Shown: positions 63,146 through 64,000 of the stretch, piece by piece
How the letters are laid out: every line of letters begins with the position of its first letter
Numbering within the stretch: the stretch's first letter is position 1
DNA from: Octopus sinensis
Taxonomy: Eukaryota
Assembly (NCBI RefSeq): GCF_006345805.1
Contig: NW_021832432.1
Location: 620,001 to 684,000 of the forward strand
Length of the DNA: 64,000 nucleotides
Direction: 5' to 3'
The notes under the pieces: generated by a model
What the model was told of the DNA's origin: nothing
Seen by the model: the letters and a program-made list of their open reading frames with translations, nothing else
Databases searched by the model: none
Position numbers and translations under genes: made by a program

Positions 63146-64000
63146 ATCCACGTACAACGTCTTGATCGACCCGAAGATAGAATAGAAGGTACTTATCCAA
63201 GGTGCCACTCAGTGGGACTGAACCCCGAACCATGCAGTTGAGAAGTAAGCCTCTACACAAAGCCACGCCGGTGCCTTTAAGTACCAGACATTTTTCTTTT
63301 CTCTCTTTTTTTTTTATAGTAACAGACTTTTTAAGAAAAAGTACTGGAGTCGGTGCCCCAGCATAGCTGCAGTTCAATTACCGAAATAAGTAAAAATGTG
63401 AATATATTTAGAAGAAACATTTGTTTTTGTTTTTTACAATTTGCTTTTGTTTTGGTTTTTTTTTTTCATCTTTTTTTGCTAATAAATTCTACGAACAGCT
63501 ATAATTTTGATGCGGTAATCATCTTGTGTGTTTAGCGATTAAGGTAAAGTCAATGAGTGTGAGAGGCGAAAGGACAAGTCAGCTGGAAAATACCTGGATG
63601 CCGAAGATGCAAGACCAGGCAGCTCTGAGAAACAGATTTGATTGTAACAGAGAAGAAGGTGAAAAAACCGAAAGTAGAAGCAGCATATCTGTGAGTTCAA
63701 ATTTAGAGTATGTTGATCGCAGAGTTAACTAGTAGGGGAGTAAGAGTAACGACCTTGGATCTTTTCTTTTTGACAGCCAGGATTTCAAAATGTTTGAAGA
63801 ACGTCCGTGCGAAAGGAGAAGTGACGAATGAATGACTCCTTTAAACACCACACAGTCGCCTTACAATAAAAGCCAAAATATGGATAAATGAATATGAGTG
63901 CCAGCAAGGAATAAGGAAGACGACACAACCGTAAAATGTTAAGTGAAAAGTTTTATTTATGTAGTAGCAGAGTGTGTGTCTGTGTGTTCGACATAAGTAC

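Overview
AT-rich eukaryotic DNA made almost entirely of transposon remnants and microsatellites. The repeat families and the (TA)n/(CA)n/(GAA)n load look most like an octopod cephalopod (inference from pattern recognition, not a search). No protein-coding gene is recognisable with confidence. Nearly all long ORFs in the track are microsatellite or antisense artefacts, although a few short splice-bounded open frames (best: 40526-40622 and 57397-57488, + strand) hint at a large-intron host gene. Working labels for repeat families: A = (GAT)n-tailed repeat with a GTTGGCGTTAGGAAGGGCATCCAGC core; B = tRNA-headed SINE with a CORE-like CCTTGGGCAAGTG block and an internal (TA/GT)n; C = AAGGCGGCGAGCTGGCAGAA-headed SINE; D and E = tRNA-headed SINEs with interchangeable tails; F = palindromic tRNA-head/Penelope-like unit. 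Also present: mariner and DD37D transposase relics, TTAA, hAT and Merlin-like MITEs, Helitron-like elements, RTE and RLE-type LINE fragments, a GIY-YIG relic and about ten long fold-backs. The most striking result is three unrelated fold-back families whose arms each carry a minimal type I hammerhead ribozyme motif reading outward. In one of them (F) the inverted arms enclose a Pol III tRNA-like head, and the unit inserts with fixed ends and 11-13 bp target duplications. It is a candidate Penelope-mobilised, ribozyme-bearing SINE/retrozyme. Coordinates of degenerate repeats are approximate (about +/-10-20 bp); TSD, TIR and ribozyme coordinates were counted by hand.
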